Source of the DNA: Eledone cirrhosa
Taxonomy: Eukaryota
Assembly: GCA_964016885.1 (NCBI GenBank)
Contig: OZ024743.1
Coordinates: 65,968,001-66,032,000, forward strand
Direction: 5' to 3'
Length of the DNA: 64,000 nucleotides
Below the pieces are notes generated by a model. It saw nothing but the letters and a program-made list of their open reading frames with translations. It ran no database searches and had not been told where the DNA came from. The position numbers and the translations under genes are program-made. How positions within the stretch are numbered: the stretch's first letter is position 1; every line of letters starts with the position of its first letter. Below, piece after piece: positions 35,401 through 48,502 of the stretch.

Positions 35401-37870
35401 TACTGGTAGTGCTGGTGATAGTGGTGGTAATGGTGGTGGTGGTAGTGGTAGTACAGGTAGTGGTGGTGTTACTGGTAGTGCTGGTGATAGTGGTGGTAAT
35501 GGTGGTGGTGGTAGTGGTAGTACAGGTAGTGGTGGTGTTACTGGTAGTGCTGGTGATAGTGGTGGTAATGATGGTGGTGTTGGTGGTAGTGGTGGTGTTA
35601 CTGGTAGTGCTGGTGATAGTGGTGGTAATGGTGGTGGTGGTAGTGGTAGTACAGGTAGTGGTGGTGTTACTGGTAGTGCTGGTGATAGTGGTGGTAATGG
35701 TGGTGGTGGTGGTGGTAGTACAGGTAGTGGTGGTGTTACTGGTAGTGCTGGTGATAGTGGTGGTAATGATGGTGGTGTTGGTGGTAGTAAAGGTAGTGGT
35801 GGTGTTACTGGTAGTGCTGGTGGTCGTGGTGGTAATGGTGGTGGTAATGGTGGTGGTGGTGGTGGCTGTGATGGTGTTGGTGGTAGTAAAGGTAGTGGTG
35901 GTGTTACTGGTAGTGCTGGTGATAGTGGTGGTAATGGTGGTGGTGGTAGTGGTAGTACAGGTAGTGGTGGTGTTACTGGTAGTGCTGGTGATAGTGGTGG
36001 TAATGGTGGTGGTGTTGGTGGTAGTAAAGGTAGTGGTGGTGTTACTGGTAGTGCTGGTGATAGTGGTGGTAATGGTGGTAATGGTGGTGGTGGTAGTGGT
36101 AGTACAGGTAGTGGTGGTGTTACTGGTAGTGCTGGTGGTCGTGGTGGTAATGGTGGTGGTGGTGGTGGTAGTGGTAGTACAGGTAGTGGTGGTGTTACTG
36201 GTAGTGCTGGTGATAGTGGTGGTAATGGTGGTGGTGGTGGTGGTAGTACAGGTAGTGGTGGTGTTACTGGTAGTGCTGGTGGTCGTGGTGGTAATGGTGG
36301 TGGTGGTAGTGGTAGTACAGGTAGTGGTGGTGTTACTGGTAGTGCTGGTGATAGTGGTGGTAATGGTGGTGGTGGTAGTGGTAGTACAGGTAGTGGTGGT
36401 GTTACTGGTAGTGCTGGTGGTCGTGGTGGTAATGGTGGTGGTGGTGGTGGCTGTGATGGTGTTGGTGGTAGTACAGGTAGTGGTGGTGTTACTGGTAGTG
36501 CTGGTGATAGTGGTGGTAATGGTGGTAATGGTGGTGGTGGTAGTGGTAGTACAGGTAGTGGTGGTGTTACTGGTAGTGCTGGTGATAGTGGTGGAAATGG
36601 TGGTGGTAATGGTGGTGGTGGTGGTGGCTGTGATGGTGTTGGTGGTAGTAAAGGTAGTGGTGGTGTTACTGGTAGTGCTGGTGATAGTGGTGGTAATGGT
36701 GGTGGTAATGGTGGTGGTGGTGGTGGCTGTGATGGTGTTGGTGGTAGTAAACGTAGTGGTGGTGTTACTGGTAGTGCTGGTGATAGTGGTGGAAATGGTG
36801 GTGGTAATGGTGGTGGTGGTGGTGGCTGTGATGGTGTTGGTGGTAGTAAAGGTAGTGGTGGTGTTACTGGTAGTGCTGGTGATAGTGGTGGTAATGGTGG
36901 TGGTAATGGTGGTGGTGGTGGTGGCTGTGATGGTGTTGGTGGTAGTAAACGTAGTGGTGGTGTTACTGGTAGTGCTGGTGATAGTGGTGGTAATGGTGGT
37001 AATGGTGGTGGTGGTAGTGGGAGTACAGGTAGTGGTGGTGTTACTGGTAGTGCTGGTGATAGTGGTGGTAATGGTGGTGGTAATGGTGGTGGTGGTGGTG
37101 GCTGTGATGGTGTTGGTGGTAGTAAAGGTAGTGGTGGTGTTACTGGTAGTGCTGGTGATAGTGGTGGTAATGGTGGTGGTAATGGTGGTGGTGGTGGTGG
37201 CTGTGATGGTGTTGGTGGTAGTACAGGTAGTGGTGGTGTTACTGGTAGTGCTGGTGATAGTGGTGGTAATGGTGGTAATGGTGGTGGTGGTAGTGGTAGT
37301 ACAGGTAGTGGTGGTGTTACTGGTAGTGCTGGTGGTCGTGGTGGTAATGGTGGTGGTGGTGGTGGCTGTGATGGTGTTGGTGGTAGTACAGGTAGTGGTG
37401 GTGTTACTGGTAGTGCTGGTGATAGTGGTGGTAATGGTGGTAATGGTGGTGGTGGTAGTGGTAGTACAGGTAGTGGTGGTGTTACTGGTAGTGCTGGTGG
37501 TCGTGGTGGTAATGGTGGTGGTGGTGGTGGCTGTGATGGTGTTGGTGGTAGTACAGGTAGTGGTGGTGTTACTGGTAGTGCTGGTGATAGTGGTGGTAAT
37601 GGTGGTAATGGTGGTGGTGGTAGTGGTAGTACAGGTAGTGGTGGTGTTACTGGTAGTGCTGGTGGTCGTGGTGGTAATGGTGGTGGTGGTGGTGGCTGTG
37701 ATGGTGTTGGTGGTAGTAAAGGTAGTGGTGGTGTTACTGGTAGTGCTGGTGATAGTGGTGGTAATGGTGGTAATGGTGGTGGTGGTAGTGGTAGTACAGG
37801 TAGTGGTGGTGTTACTGGTAGTGCTGGTGGTCGTGGTGGTAATGGTGGTGGTGGTGGTGGTACTAGTAGT
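32485..37870. repeat. (GGT)n-derived minisatellite array A (~63-90-bp units)
   Basis: Core ggtagtacaggtagtggtggtgttactggtagtgctggtgatagtggtggtaat plus a variable number of ggt. Confidence 0.95.
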
Positions 37871-37999
37871 TAGTAGTGGGGTAATTGTGGTGGTGGTGGT
37901 GTTGGAGGAGAGGGTGGTATTGGTGGTTATGTGTTTGTTTTCTTATTGTTTAGGTTGTAGTAATGGTGGTAGTAATGGTGGTAGTGGTAGTTAGTAGTT

Positions 38000-38030
<31 letters not shown>

Positions 38031-38219
38031 CAGTAGTAGTAGTAGTAGTAGAAGTAGCAATGAGGGTGGTGGTGGTTGTGATAATATGTTCTGGAGTTGC
38101 TACAATTGTTATTGTTGTTGTTCTTGCTGGTGGTGGCGGTGTTGTGTTTGTTGTAGTTGTCTTTGTTGTTGGAGGTGATGGCAGTGGCGGTGTTGTTGTT
38201 GTTGTTGCTGGTTGTGTTA

Positions 38220-38538
38220 TTAGTGGTGGTGGTGGTGTTGGTGTTGGTGTTGTTAGTGGTGGTGGTGGTGCTGGTGGTGGTGGTGTTAGTGGTGGTGGTG
38301 GTGGTGGTGGTGTTAGTGGTGGTGGTGGTGCTGGTGTTGGTGTTGTTAGTGGTGGTGGTGGTGCTGGTGTTGGTGTTGTTAGTGGTGGTGGTGGTGTTGG
38401 TGGTGGTGGTGTTGGTGGTGGTGTTGTTAGTGGTGGTGGTGGTGCTGGTGTTGGTGTTGTTAGTGGTGGTGGTGGTGCTGGTGTTGGTGTTGTTAGTGGT
38501 GGTGGTGGTGCTGGTGGTGGTGGTGTTAGTGGTGGTGG

Positions 38539-38569
<31 letters not shown>

Positions 38570-38604
38570 GTTGGTGTTGTTAGTGGTGGTGCTGGTGCTG
38601 GTGT

Positions 38605-38635
<31 letters not shown>

Positions 38636-38703
38636 GTTGGTGTTGTTAGTGGTGGTGGTGGTGCTGGTGTTGGTGTTGTTAGTGGTGGTGCTGGTGCTGG
38701 TGT

Positions 38704-38734
<31 letters not shown>

Positions 38735-38769
38735 GTTGATGTTGTTAGTGGTGGTGGCGGTGTTATTGT

Positions 38770-38800
<31 letters not shown>

Positions 38801-41800
38801 GTTGGTGTTGTTAGAGGTGGTGGTGGTGCTGGTGGTGGTGTTGTTAGTGGTGGTGGTGGTGCTGGTGTTGGTGTTGTTAGTGGTGGTGGTGGTGCTGGTG
38901 TTGGTGTTGTTAGTGGTGGTGGTGGTGTTGGTGGTGGTGTTGTTAGTGGTGGTGGTGGTGCTGGTGTTGGTGTTGTTAGTGGTGGTGGTGGTGCTGGTGT
39001 TGGTGTTGTTAGTGGTGGTGGTGGTGTTGGTGGTGGTGGTGTTGGTGGTGGTGTAGTTAGTGGTGGTGGTGGTGCTGGTGTTGGTGTTGTTAGTGGTGGT
39101 GGTGGTGCTGGTGTTGGTGTTGTTAGTGGTGGTGGTGGTGTTGGTGGTGGTGGTGCTGGTGTTGGTGTTGTTAGTGGTGGTGGTGGTGTTGGTGGTGGTG
39201 TTGTTAGTGGTGGTGGTGGTGCTGGTGTTTGTGTTGTTAATGGTGGTGGTGGTGTTGGTGTTGGTGTTGTTAGTGGTGGTGGTGGTGCTGGTGTTGGTGT
39301 TGTTAGTGGTGGTGGTGGTGTTGGTGTTGGTGTTGTTAGTGGTGGTGGTGGTGCTGGTGTTGGTGTTGTTAGTGGTGGTGGTGGTGTTGGTGGTGGTGGT
39401 GCTGGTGTTGGTGTTGTTAGTGGTGGTGGTGGTGTTGGTGGTGGTGTTGTTAGTGGTGGTGGTGGTGCTGGTGTTGGTGTTGTTAGTGGTGGTGGTGGTG
39501 CTGGTGTTGGTGTTGTTAGTGGTGCTGGTGGTGTTGGTGTTGGTGTTGTTAGTGGTGGTGGTGGTGCTGGTGTTGGTGTTGTTAGTGGTGGTGGTGGTGT
39601 TGGTGGTGGTGGTGCTGGTGTTGGTGTTGTTAGTGGTGGTGGTGGTGTTGGTGGTGGTGTTGTTAGTGGTGGTGGTGGTGCTGGTGTTGGTGTTGTTAGT
39701 GGTGGTGGTGGTGCTGGTGTTGGTGTTGTTAGTGATGGTGGTGGTGCTGGTGTTGGTGTTGTTAGTGGTGGTGGTGGTGTTGGTGGTTGTGGTGCTGGTG
39801 TTGGTGTTGCTAGTGGTGGTGGTGGTGTTGTAGGTGGTGTTGTTAGTGGTGGTGGTGGTGCTGGTGTTGGTGTTGTTAGTGGTGGTGGTGGTGCTGGTGT
39901 TGGTGTTGTTAGTGATGGTGGTGGTGCTGGTGTTGGTGTTGTTAGTGGTGGTGGTGGTGCTGGTGGTGGTGTTGTTAGTGGTGGTGATGGTGTTGGTGTT
40001 GGTGTTGTTAGTGATGGTGGTGGTGCTGGTGTTGGTGTTGTTAGTGGTGGTGGTGGTGGTGGTGGTGGTGTTGTTAGTGGTGGTGGTGGTGTTGGTTGTG
40101 GTGTTGTTAGAGGTGGTGGTGGTGCTGGTGTTGGTGTTGTTAGTGGTGGTGGTGGTGCTGGTGTTGGTGTTGTTAGTGGTGGTGGTGGTGTTGGTGTTGG
40201 TGTTGTTAGTGGTGGTGGTGGTGTTGGTTGTGGTGTTGTTAGTGGTGGTGGTGGTGCTGGTGTTGGTGTTGTTAGTGGTGGTGGTGGTGCTGGTGTTGGT
40301 GTTGTTAGTGGTGGTGGTGGTGCTGGTGTTGGTGTTGTTAGTGGTGGTGGTGGTGTTGGTTGTGGTGGTGTTAGTGGTGGTGGTGGTGTTGGTGTTGGTG
40401 TTGTTAGTGGTGGTGGTGGTGCTGGTGTTGGTGTTGTTAGTGGTGGTGGTGGTGCTGGTGTTGGTGTTGTTAGTGGTGCTGGTGGTGCTGGTGTTGGTGT
40501 TGTTAGTGGTGGTGGTGGTGTTGGTGGTGGTGTTGTTAGTGGTGGTGGTGGTGCTGGTGTTGGTGTTGTTAGTGGTGGTGGTGGTGCTGGTGGTGGTGGT
40601 GTTGGTGGTGGTGTTGTTAGTGGTGGTGGTGGTGCTGGTGTTGGTGTTGTTAGTGGTGGTGGTGGTGCTGGTGTTGGTGTTGTTAGTGGTGGTGGTGGTG
40701 TTGGTGGTGGTGGTGTTGGTGTTGGTGTTGTTAGTGGTGGTGGTGGTGTTGGTGGTGGTGTTGTTAGTGGTGGTGGTGGTGCTGGTGTTGGTGTTGTTAG
40801 TGGTGGTGGTGGTGCTGGTGTTGGTGTTGTTAGTGGTGGTGGTGGTGCTGGTGGTGGTGTTGTTAGTGGTGGTGATGGTGTTGGTGTTGGTGTTGTTAGT
40901 GGTGGTGGTGGTGCTGGTGTTGGTGTTGTTAGTGGTGGTGGTGGTGGTGGTGGTGGTGTTGTTAGTGGTGGTGGTGGTGTTGGTTGTGGTGTTGTTAGTG
41001 GTGGTGGTGGTGCTGGTGTTGGTGTTGTTAGTGGTGGTGGTGGTGTTGGTGTTGGTGTTGTTAGTGGTGCTGGTGGTGTTGGTTGTGGTGTTGTTAGTGG
41101 TGGTGGTGGTGTTGGTTGTGGTGTTGTTAGTGGTGGTGGTGGTGCTGGTGTTGGTGTTGTTAGTGGTGGTGGTGGTGCTGGTGTTGGTGTTGTTAGTGGT
41201 GGTGGTGGTGTTGGTGGTGGTGTTGTTAGTGGTGGTGGTGGTGTTGGTGTTGGTGTTGTTAGTGGTGGTGGTGGTGCTGGTGTTGGTGTTGTTAGTGGTG
41301 GTGGTGGTGCTGGTGTTGGTGTTGTTAGTGGTGCTGGTGGTGCTGGTGTTGGTGTTGTTAGTGGTGGTGGTGGTGTTGGTGGTGGTGTTGTTAGTGGTGG
41401 TGGTGGTGCTGGTGTTGGTGTTGTTAGTGGTGGTGGTGGTGTTGGTGTTGATGTTGTTAGTGGTGGTGGTGGTGCTGGTGTTGGTGTTGTTAGTGGTGGT
41501 GGTGGTGCTGGTGTTGGTGTTGTTAGTGGTGGTGGTGGTGTTGGTGTTGGTGTTGTTAGTGGTGGTGGTGGTGCTGGTGTTGGTGTTGTTAGTGGTGGTG
41601 GTGGTGTTGGTGTTGGTGTTGTTAGTGGTGGTGGTGGTGCTGGTGTTGGTGTTGTTAGTGGTGGTGGTGGTGCTGGTGTTGGTGGTGCTGGTGTTGGTGT
41701 TGTTAGTGGTGGTGGTGGTGTTGGTGTTGGTGTTGTTAGTGGTGGTGGTGGTGCTGGTGTTGGTGTTGTTAGTGGTGCTGGTGGTGCTGGTGTTGGTGTT

Positions 41801-42963
41801 GTTAGTGGTGGTGGTGGTGCTGGTGTTGGTGTTGTTAGTGGTGCTGGTGGTGCTGGTGTTGGTGTTGTTAGTGGTGGTGGTGGTGCTGGTGTTGGTGTTG
41901 TTAGTGGTGGTGGTGGTGTTGGTGTTGGTGTTGTTAGTGGTGGTGGTGGTGTTGGTTGTGGTGTTGTTAGTGGTGGTGGTGGTGCTGGTGGTGGTGTTGT
42001 TAGTGGTGGTGGTGGTGGTGCTGGTGGTGTTGTTAGTGGTGGTGGTGGTGTTGGTGGTGGTGTTGTTAGTGGTGGTGGTGGTGCTGGTGTTGGTGTTGTT
42101 AGTGGTGGTGGTGGTGCTGGTGTTGGTGTTGTTAGTGGTGGTGGCGGTGTTATTGTTGGTGGTGGTGTTGGTGGTGCTGGTGCTGGTGTTGGTGTTGTTA
42201 GAGGTGGTGGTGGTGCTGGTGGTGGTGTTGTTAGTGGTGGTGGTGGTGCTGGTGGTGGTGTTGTTAGTGGTTGTGGTGGTCCTGGTGTTGGTGTTGTTAG
42301 TGGTGGTGGTGGTGTTGGTGGTGGTGTTGTTAGTGGTGGTGGTGGTGCTGGTGTTGGTGTTGTTAGTGGTGGTGGTGGTGCTGGTGTTGGCGTTGTTAGT
42401 GGTGGTGGTGGTGTTGGTGGTGGTGGTGTTGGTGTTGGTGTTGTTAGTGGTGGTGGTGGTGTTGGTGGTGGTGTTGTTAGTGGTGGTGGTGGTGCTGGTG
42501 TTGGTGTTGTTAGTGGTGGTGGTGGTGCTGGTGTTGGTGTTGTTAGTGGTGGTGGTGGCGCTGGTGGTGGTGTTGTTAGTGGTGGTGATGGTGTTGGTGT
42601 TGGTGTTGTTAGTAGTGGTGGTGGTGCTGGTGTTGGTGTTGTTAGTGGTGGTGGTGGTGGTGGTGGTGGTGTTGTTAGTGGTGGTGGTGGTGTTGGTTGT
42701 GGTGTTGTTAGTGGTGGTGGTGGTGCTGGTGTTGGTGTTGTTAGTGGTGGTGGTGGTGCTGGTGTTGGTGTTGTTAGTGGTGGTGGTGGTGTTGGTGTTG
42801 GTGTTGTTAGTGGTGGTGGTGGTGTTGGTTGTGGTGTTGTTAGTGGTGGTGGTGGTGCTGGTGTTGGTGTTGTTAGTGGTGGTGGTGGTGCTGGTGTTGG
42901 TGTTGTTAGTGGTGGTGGTGGTGCTGGTGTTGGTGTTGTTAGTGGTGGTGGCGGTGTTATTGT

Positions 42964-42994
<31 letters not shown>

Positions 42995-44814
42995 GTTGGT
43001 GTTGTTAGAGGTGGTGGTGTTGCTGGTGGTGGTGTTGTTAGTGGTGGTGGTGGTGCTGGTGGTGGTGTTGTTAGTGGTGGTGGTGGTCCTGGTGTTGGTG
43101 TTGTTAGTGGTGGTCGTGGTGTTGGTGGTGGTGTTGTTAGTGGTGGTGGTGGTGCTGGTGTTGGTGTTGTTAGTGGTGGTGGTGGTGCTGGTGTTGGTGT
43201 TGTTAGTGGTGGTGGTGGTGTTGGTGGTGGTGGTGTTGGTGTTGGTGTTGTTAGTGGTGGTGGTGGTGTTGGTGGTGGTGTTGTTAGTGGTAGTGGTGGT
43301 GCTGGTGTTGGTGTTGTTAGTGGTGGTGGTGGTGCTGGTGTTGGTGTTGTTAGTGGTGGTGGTGGTGCTGGTGTTGGTGTTGTTAGTGGTGGTGGTGGTG
43401 TTGGTGGTGGTGTTGTTAGTGGTGGTGGTGGTGCTGGTGTTGGTGTTGTTAGTGGTGGTGGTGGTGTTGGTGTTGGTGTTGTTAGTGGTGGTGGTGGTGC
43501 TGGTGTTGGTGTTGTTAGTGGTGGTGGTGGTGCTGGTGTTGGTGTTGTTAGTGGTGGTGGTGGTGCTGGTGTTGGTGTTGTTAGTGGTGGTGGTGGTGCT
43601 GGTGTTGGTGTTGTTAGTGGTGCTGGTGGTGCTGGTGTTGGTGTTGTTAGTGGTGGTGGTGGTGCTGGTGTTGGTGTTGTTAGTGGTGGTGGTGGTGCTG
43701 GTGTTGGTGTTGTTAGTGGTGGTGGTGGTGCTGGTGTTGGTGTTGTTAGTGGTGGTGGTGGTGCTGGTGTTGGTGTTGTTAGTGGTGGTGGTGGTGTTGG
43801 TGGTGGTGTTGTTAGTGGTGGTGGTGGTGTTGGTGTAGGTGTTGTTAGTGGTGGTGGTGGTGCTGGTGTTGGTGTTGTTAGTGGTGGTGGTGGTGCTGGT
43901 GTTGGTGTTGTTAGTGGTGCTGGTGGTGCTGGTGTTGGTGTTGTTAGTGGTGGTGGTGGTGTTGGTGGTGGTGTTGTTAGTGGTGGTGGTGGTGCTGGTG
44001 TTGGTGTTGTTAGTGGTGGTGGTGGTGTTGGTGTTGGTGTTGTTAGTGGTGGTGGTGGTGCTGGTGTTGGTGTTGTTAGTGGTGGTGGTGGTGCTGGTGT
44101 TGGTGTTGTTAGTGGTGGTGGTGGTGGTGGTGTTGGTGTTGTTAGTGGTGGTGGTGGTGCTGGTGTTGGTTTTGTTAGTGGTGCTGGTGGTGCTGGTGTT
44201 GGTGTTGTTAGTGGTGCTGGTGGTGCTGGTGTTGGTGTTGTTAGTGGTGGTGGTGGTGCTGGTGTTGGTGTTGTTAGTGGTGGTGGTGGTGCTGGTGTTG
44301 GTGTTGTTAGTGGTGGTGGTGGTGCTGGTGTTGGTGTTGTTAGTGGTGGTGGTGGTGCTGGTGTTGGTGTTGTTAGTGGTGGTGGTGGTGCTGGTGTTGG
44401 TGTTGTTAGTGGTGCTGGTGGTGCTGGTGTTGGTGTTGTTAGTGGTGGTGGTGGTGTTGTTAGTGGTGGTGGTGGTGCTGGTGTTGGTGTTGTTAGTGGT
44501 GCTGGTGGTGCTGGTGTTGGTGTTGTTAGTGGTGGTGGTGGTGCTGGTGTTGGTGTTGTTAGTGGTGGTGGTGGTGTTGGTGTTGGTGTTGTTAGTGGTG
44601 GTGGTGGTGTTGGTTGTGGTGTTGTTAGTGGTGGTGGTGGTGCTGGTGGTGGTGTTGTTAGTGGTGGTGGTGGTGGTGCTGGTGGTGTTGTTAGTGGTGG
44701 TGGTGGTGTTGGTGGTGGTGTTGTTAGTGGTGGTGGTGGTGCTGGTGTTGGTGTTGTTAGTGGTGGTGGTGGTGCTGGTGTTGGTGTTGTTAGTGGTGGT
44801 GGCGGTGTTATTGT

Positions 44815-44845
<31 letters not shown>

Positions 44846-46240
44846 GTTGGTGTTGTTAGAGGTGGTGGTGGTGCTGGTGGTGGTGTTGTTAGTGGTGGTG
44901 GTGGTGCTGGTGGTGGTGTTGTTAGTGGTGGTGGTGGTCCTGGTGTTGGTGTTGTTAGTGGTGGTGGTGGTGTTGGTGGTGGTGTTGTTAGTGGTGGTGG
45001 TGGTGCTGGTGTTGGTGTTGTTAGTGGTGGTGGTGGTGCTGGTGTTGGTGTTGTTAGTGGTGGTGGTGGTGTTGGTGGTGGTGGTGTTGGTGTTGGTGTT
45101 GTTAGTGGTGGTGGTGGTGTTGGTGGTGGTGTTGTTAGTGGTGGTGGTGGTGCTGGTGTTGGTGTTGTTAGTGGTGGTGGTGGTGCTGGTGTTGGTGTTG
45201 TTAGTGGTGGTGGTGGTGCTGGTGGTGGTGTTGTTAGTGGTGGTGATGGTGTTGGTGTTGGTGTTGTTAGTGTTGGTGGTGGTGCTGGTGTTGGTGTTGT
45301 TAGTGGTGGTGGTGGTGGTGGTGGTGGTGTTGTTAGTGGTGGTGGTGGTGTTGGTGGTGGTGGTGTTGGTGTTGGTGTTGTTAGTGGTGGTGGTGGTGTT
45401 GGTGGTGGTGTTGTTAGTGGTGGTGGTGGTGCTGGTGTTGGTGTTGTTAGTGGTGGTGGTGGTGCTGGTGTTGGTGTTGTTAGTGGTGGTGGTGGTGCTG
45501 GTGGTGGTGTTGTTAGTGGTGGTGATGGTGTTGGTGTTGGTGTTGTTAGTGGTGGTGGTGGTGCTGGTGTTGGTGTTGTTAGTGGTGGTGGTGGTGGTGG
45601 TGGTGGTGTTGTTAGTGGTGGTGGTGGTGGTGGTGGTGGTGTTGTTAGTGGTGGTGGTGGTGCTGGTGTTGGTGTTGTTAGTGGTGGTGGTGGTGCTGGT
45701 GTTGGTGTTGTTAGTGGTGGTGGTGGTGTTGGTTGTGGTGGTGTTAGTGGTGGTGGTGGTGTTGGTGTTGGTGTTGTTAGTGGTGGTGGTAGTGCTGGTG
45801 TTGGTGTTGTTAGTGGTGGTGGCGGTGTTGGTTGTGGTGTTGTTAGTGGTGGTGGTGGTGCTGGTGGTGGTGTTGTTAGTGGTGGTGTTGGTGTTGGTGT
45901 TGTTAGTGGTGGTGGTGGTGTTGGTTGTGGTGTTGTTAGTGGTGGTGGTGGTGCTGGTGTTGGTGTTGTTAGTGGTGGTGGTGGTGTTGGTGGTGGTGTT
46001 GTTAGTGGTGGTGGTGGTGCTGGTGTTGGTGTTGTTAGTGGTGGTGGTGGTGCTGGTGGTGGTGTTGTTAGTGGTGGTGGTGGTGTTGGTGGTGGTGTTG
46101 TTAGTGGTGGTGGTGGTGCTGGTGGTGGTGTTGTTAGTGGTGGTGGTGGTGTTGGTGGTGGTGTTGTTAGTGGTGGTGGTGGTGTTGGTGGTGGTGTTGT
46201 TAGTGGTGGTGGCGGTGTTATTATTGGTGGTGGTGTTGTT
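38220..46240. repeat. (GGT)n-derived minisatellite array B (33-bp unit, ~8 kb)
   Basis: Unit agtggtggtggtggtgctggtgttggtgttgtt; reads SGGGGAGVGVV on + and PPPPLTTPTPA on -. Confidence 0.95.
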
Positions 46241-47049
46241 AGTGATGGAGGTGGTGGTTTCCTTATTGGTGGTGGTGTCAGCGACAGTGTGGCTGTTGCT
46301 GCTGTTGGTGGTGGTGTCAGCGGTAGTGCTAGTGTTGCTGTTGGTGGTGGTGTAGCTGTTGTTGTTGATGAAGGTGTTGCTGTTGTTGTTGGTGGTGGTG
46401 TTGTAAGTGGTGGTGGTGTTGTCAGCGGTTGTGTTGTCGTTACTATCACTATAGTATGTCTCAAACTCTATTCAGACCATGCAACAGAACGTCTAACATA
46501 TTCTAAACCGGAGCTGTTTTTTTTTCTATGTAGAGAGACACACACATATATGCAAACACATATACACAGACACACACAAATACACACATACACACATATA
46601 CTCACAAACATACAAACCATATACACTAATGCTCACACATACAAACAAACTAGACGCGTAGCCACATATACATGCATACACGAATGTTTGTATGTATATA
46701 TTAAAGTATGTGGCGTATGTATGTATGAATGTATGAATGTATGAATGTATGTATGTATGCATGCATGTGTGAATGTATGTAGGTAGGTATGCATATGAGT
46801 ATGAATATACGTACGTACGTATGGTATGTATGTATGTTCGTATGTATGTATTATGTATGTATGTATGCATGTATTTGTATCTATATATATGGACATAGAA
46901 TATATGAAATGTAAGACCCAAACTCACTTTGTAGGGGAATACAAGTCAAACTGGCTAAAATAGGCCAATTTTGACTTATATAATGCCCCAACCATGGTTT
47001 CTGAAACTCAACTTACAGCATCTGGACTCCCAAGACATTGGAATAACTA

Positions 47050-47220
47050 ATAATTGTTTCTACTTTTGGCACAAGTCCAGCAATTATTCCAGTGCATTAC
47101 TGGTACTTTATTTTATCGACCCCGTAAGGATGAAAGGCAAAGTTAACCTCGGCGGGATTTGAACTCAGATTGGAAAGGGCCGTAACTCTATGCGTCAAAG
47201 CATGGCGTCCGACCCTCTAC
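47050..47220 (-). mobile_element. S1 SINE
   Basis: Reverse complement of the S1 body and B box. Confidence 0.85.
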
Positions 47221-47956
47221 TGGCATAACTAATAATGGAAGAAGTGAAGCTTCTTCACCAGGGACGAATTCTTCATAAGAATAAAGGGACAAGTATCAAA
47301 TTTATCATACATACCAATTCACTGCTAGATCTTATATGTGAACAAGGTTTTGTATCATTGAATTGTCGCAAGAATATGTTCTACCCAAAGGTACTAGCTG
47401 AATAATATATCATATGATATATACCAATTATATAGCAGAGGGTACAGCAGCAATGACGCCACATTGAAATACTGTATGAAAATGTTCTACTCAGTATATA
47501 AGGATAGTATGACAGGCTTATATCGACGATCTATATATTCATCTCTGTATATTTGATAAATTCAATCTGTAAATGGAAGACACAACTTAGTTTCAATTCC
47601 TGATTCCTGGATAGTTTATCGTCATTCCATTTACATTGCTTATTTCCAACAGAACACATTGTCCAGTACTTGAATCAATACTATCGACTGTTCATACCCG
47701 AGTACCAATCAATACGTCGATTACTCGTCAATTGATAGCTCTGATTACTGCAAAAGAAGCAGATGGGCAGAGCCGATACAACGTCAGGTATAATACTTTA
47801 CAGTATTCTGTCAGGTTCTCTGTGCTCTGAGTTCAAATCCCACCGAGCTCAAATTTGTTTTCATCCTTTCGCGTTCGGTAAAAAAAATGTACCAGTTCAC
47901 TTCTTGGGCCGATACGTCCAGTCTATTTCCTTCTCAAATCCTCTCTCTCAAACTCT

Positions 47957-48050
<94 letters not shown>

Positions 48051-48066
48051 CATAGATATATATATA

Positions 48067-48270
48067 ACGAAGGAAGTGTGGTAAGGAACCAGGTGGACCA
48101 CAACGCACCAGAGTAGTCGATACTTTGGGAAGTAGAGTGGGTAATAGGAAAAGGTACAGGACCCCGACGGCAGAGCTCAAACCGTTTCGACGGCTATTTC
48201 TGGACTCTGAGTCCAGAAATAGCCGTCGAAACGGCTTGATCTCTGCCGTCGGAGTCCTAAACCTTCTCTT
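48067..48270 (-). mobile_element. PLE-like terminal family copy folded back at 48208 (half-hammerhead palindrome)
   Basis: Matches 15153-15287; arms 48150-48207 and 48209-48266 each carry GAAAC-gg..ccGTC. Confidence 0.7.
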
Positions 48271-48275
48271 ATACA

Positions 48276-48306
<31 letters not shown>

Positions 48307-48437
48307 GCAAAAGTTCTATTTAAAGTTGTTGGGATACAACAAGTAAATATTTTTATAACTGATATAAAGCACTCGACACATTTTTGGAGTAGATATACGA
48401 TATTAATAAATGGAAACTATATTTATAAAACCATATT

Positions 48438-48502
48438 TATTTCATTATACATATTTCAGGGATACCACATTAAATTATGGTATGCCTTCATCAGACAAAA
48501 TA
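48438..48502 (-). ncRNA. Type I hammerhead at the PLE 3' end (sense to the ORF)
   Basis: Reverse complement of 51424-51488 with one difference. Confidence 0.85.

Noticed and set aside
33531-46355. Poly-Val/Leu ORFs (1487, 1334, 838 aa)
   Set aside because: Alternative frames of GGT-derived arrays; biophysically implausible proteins.
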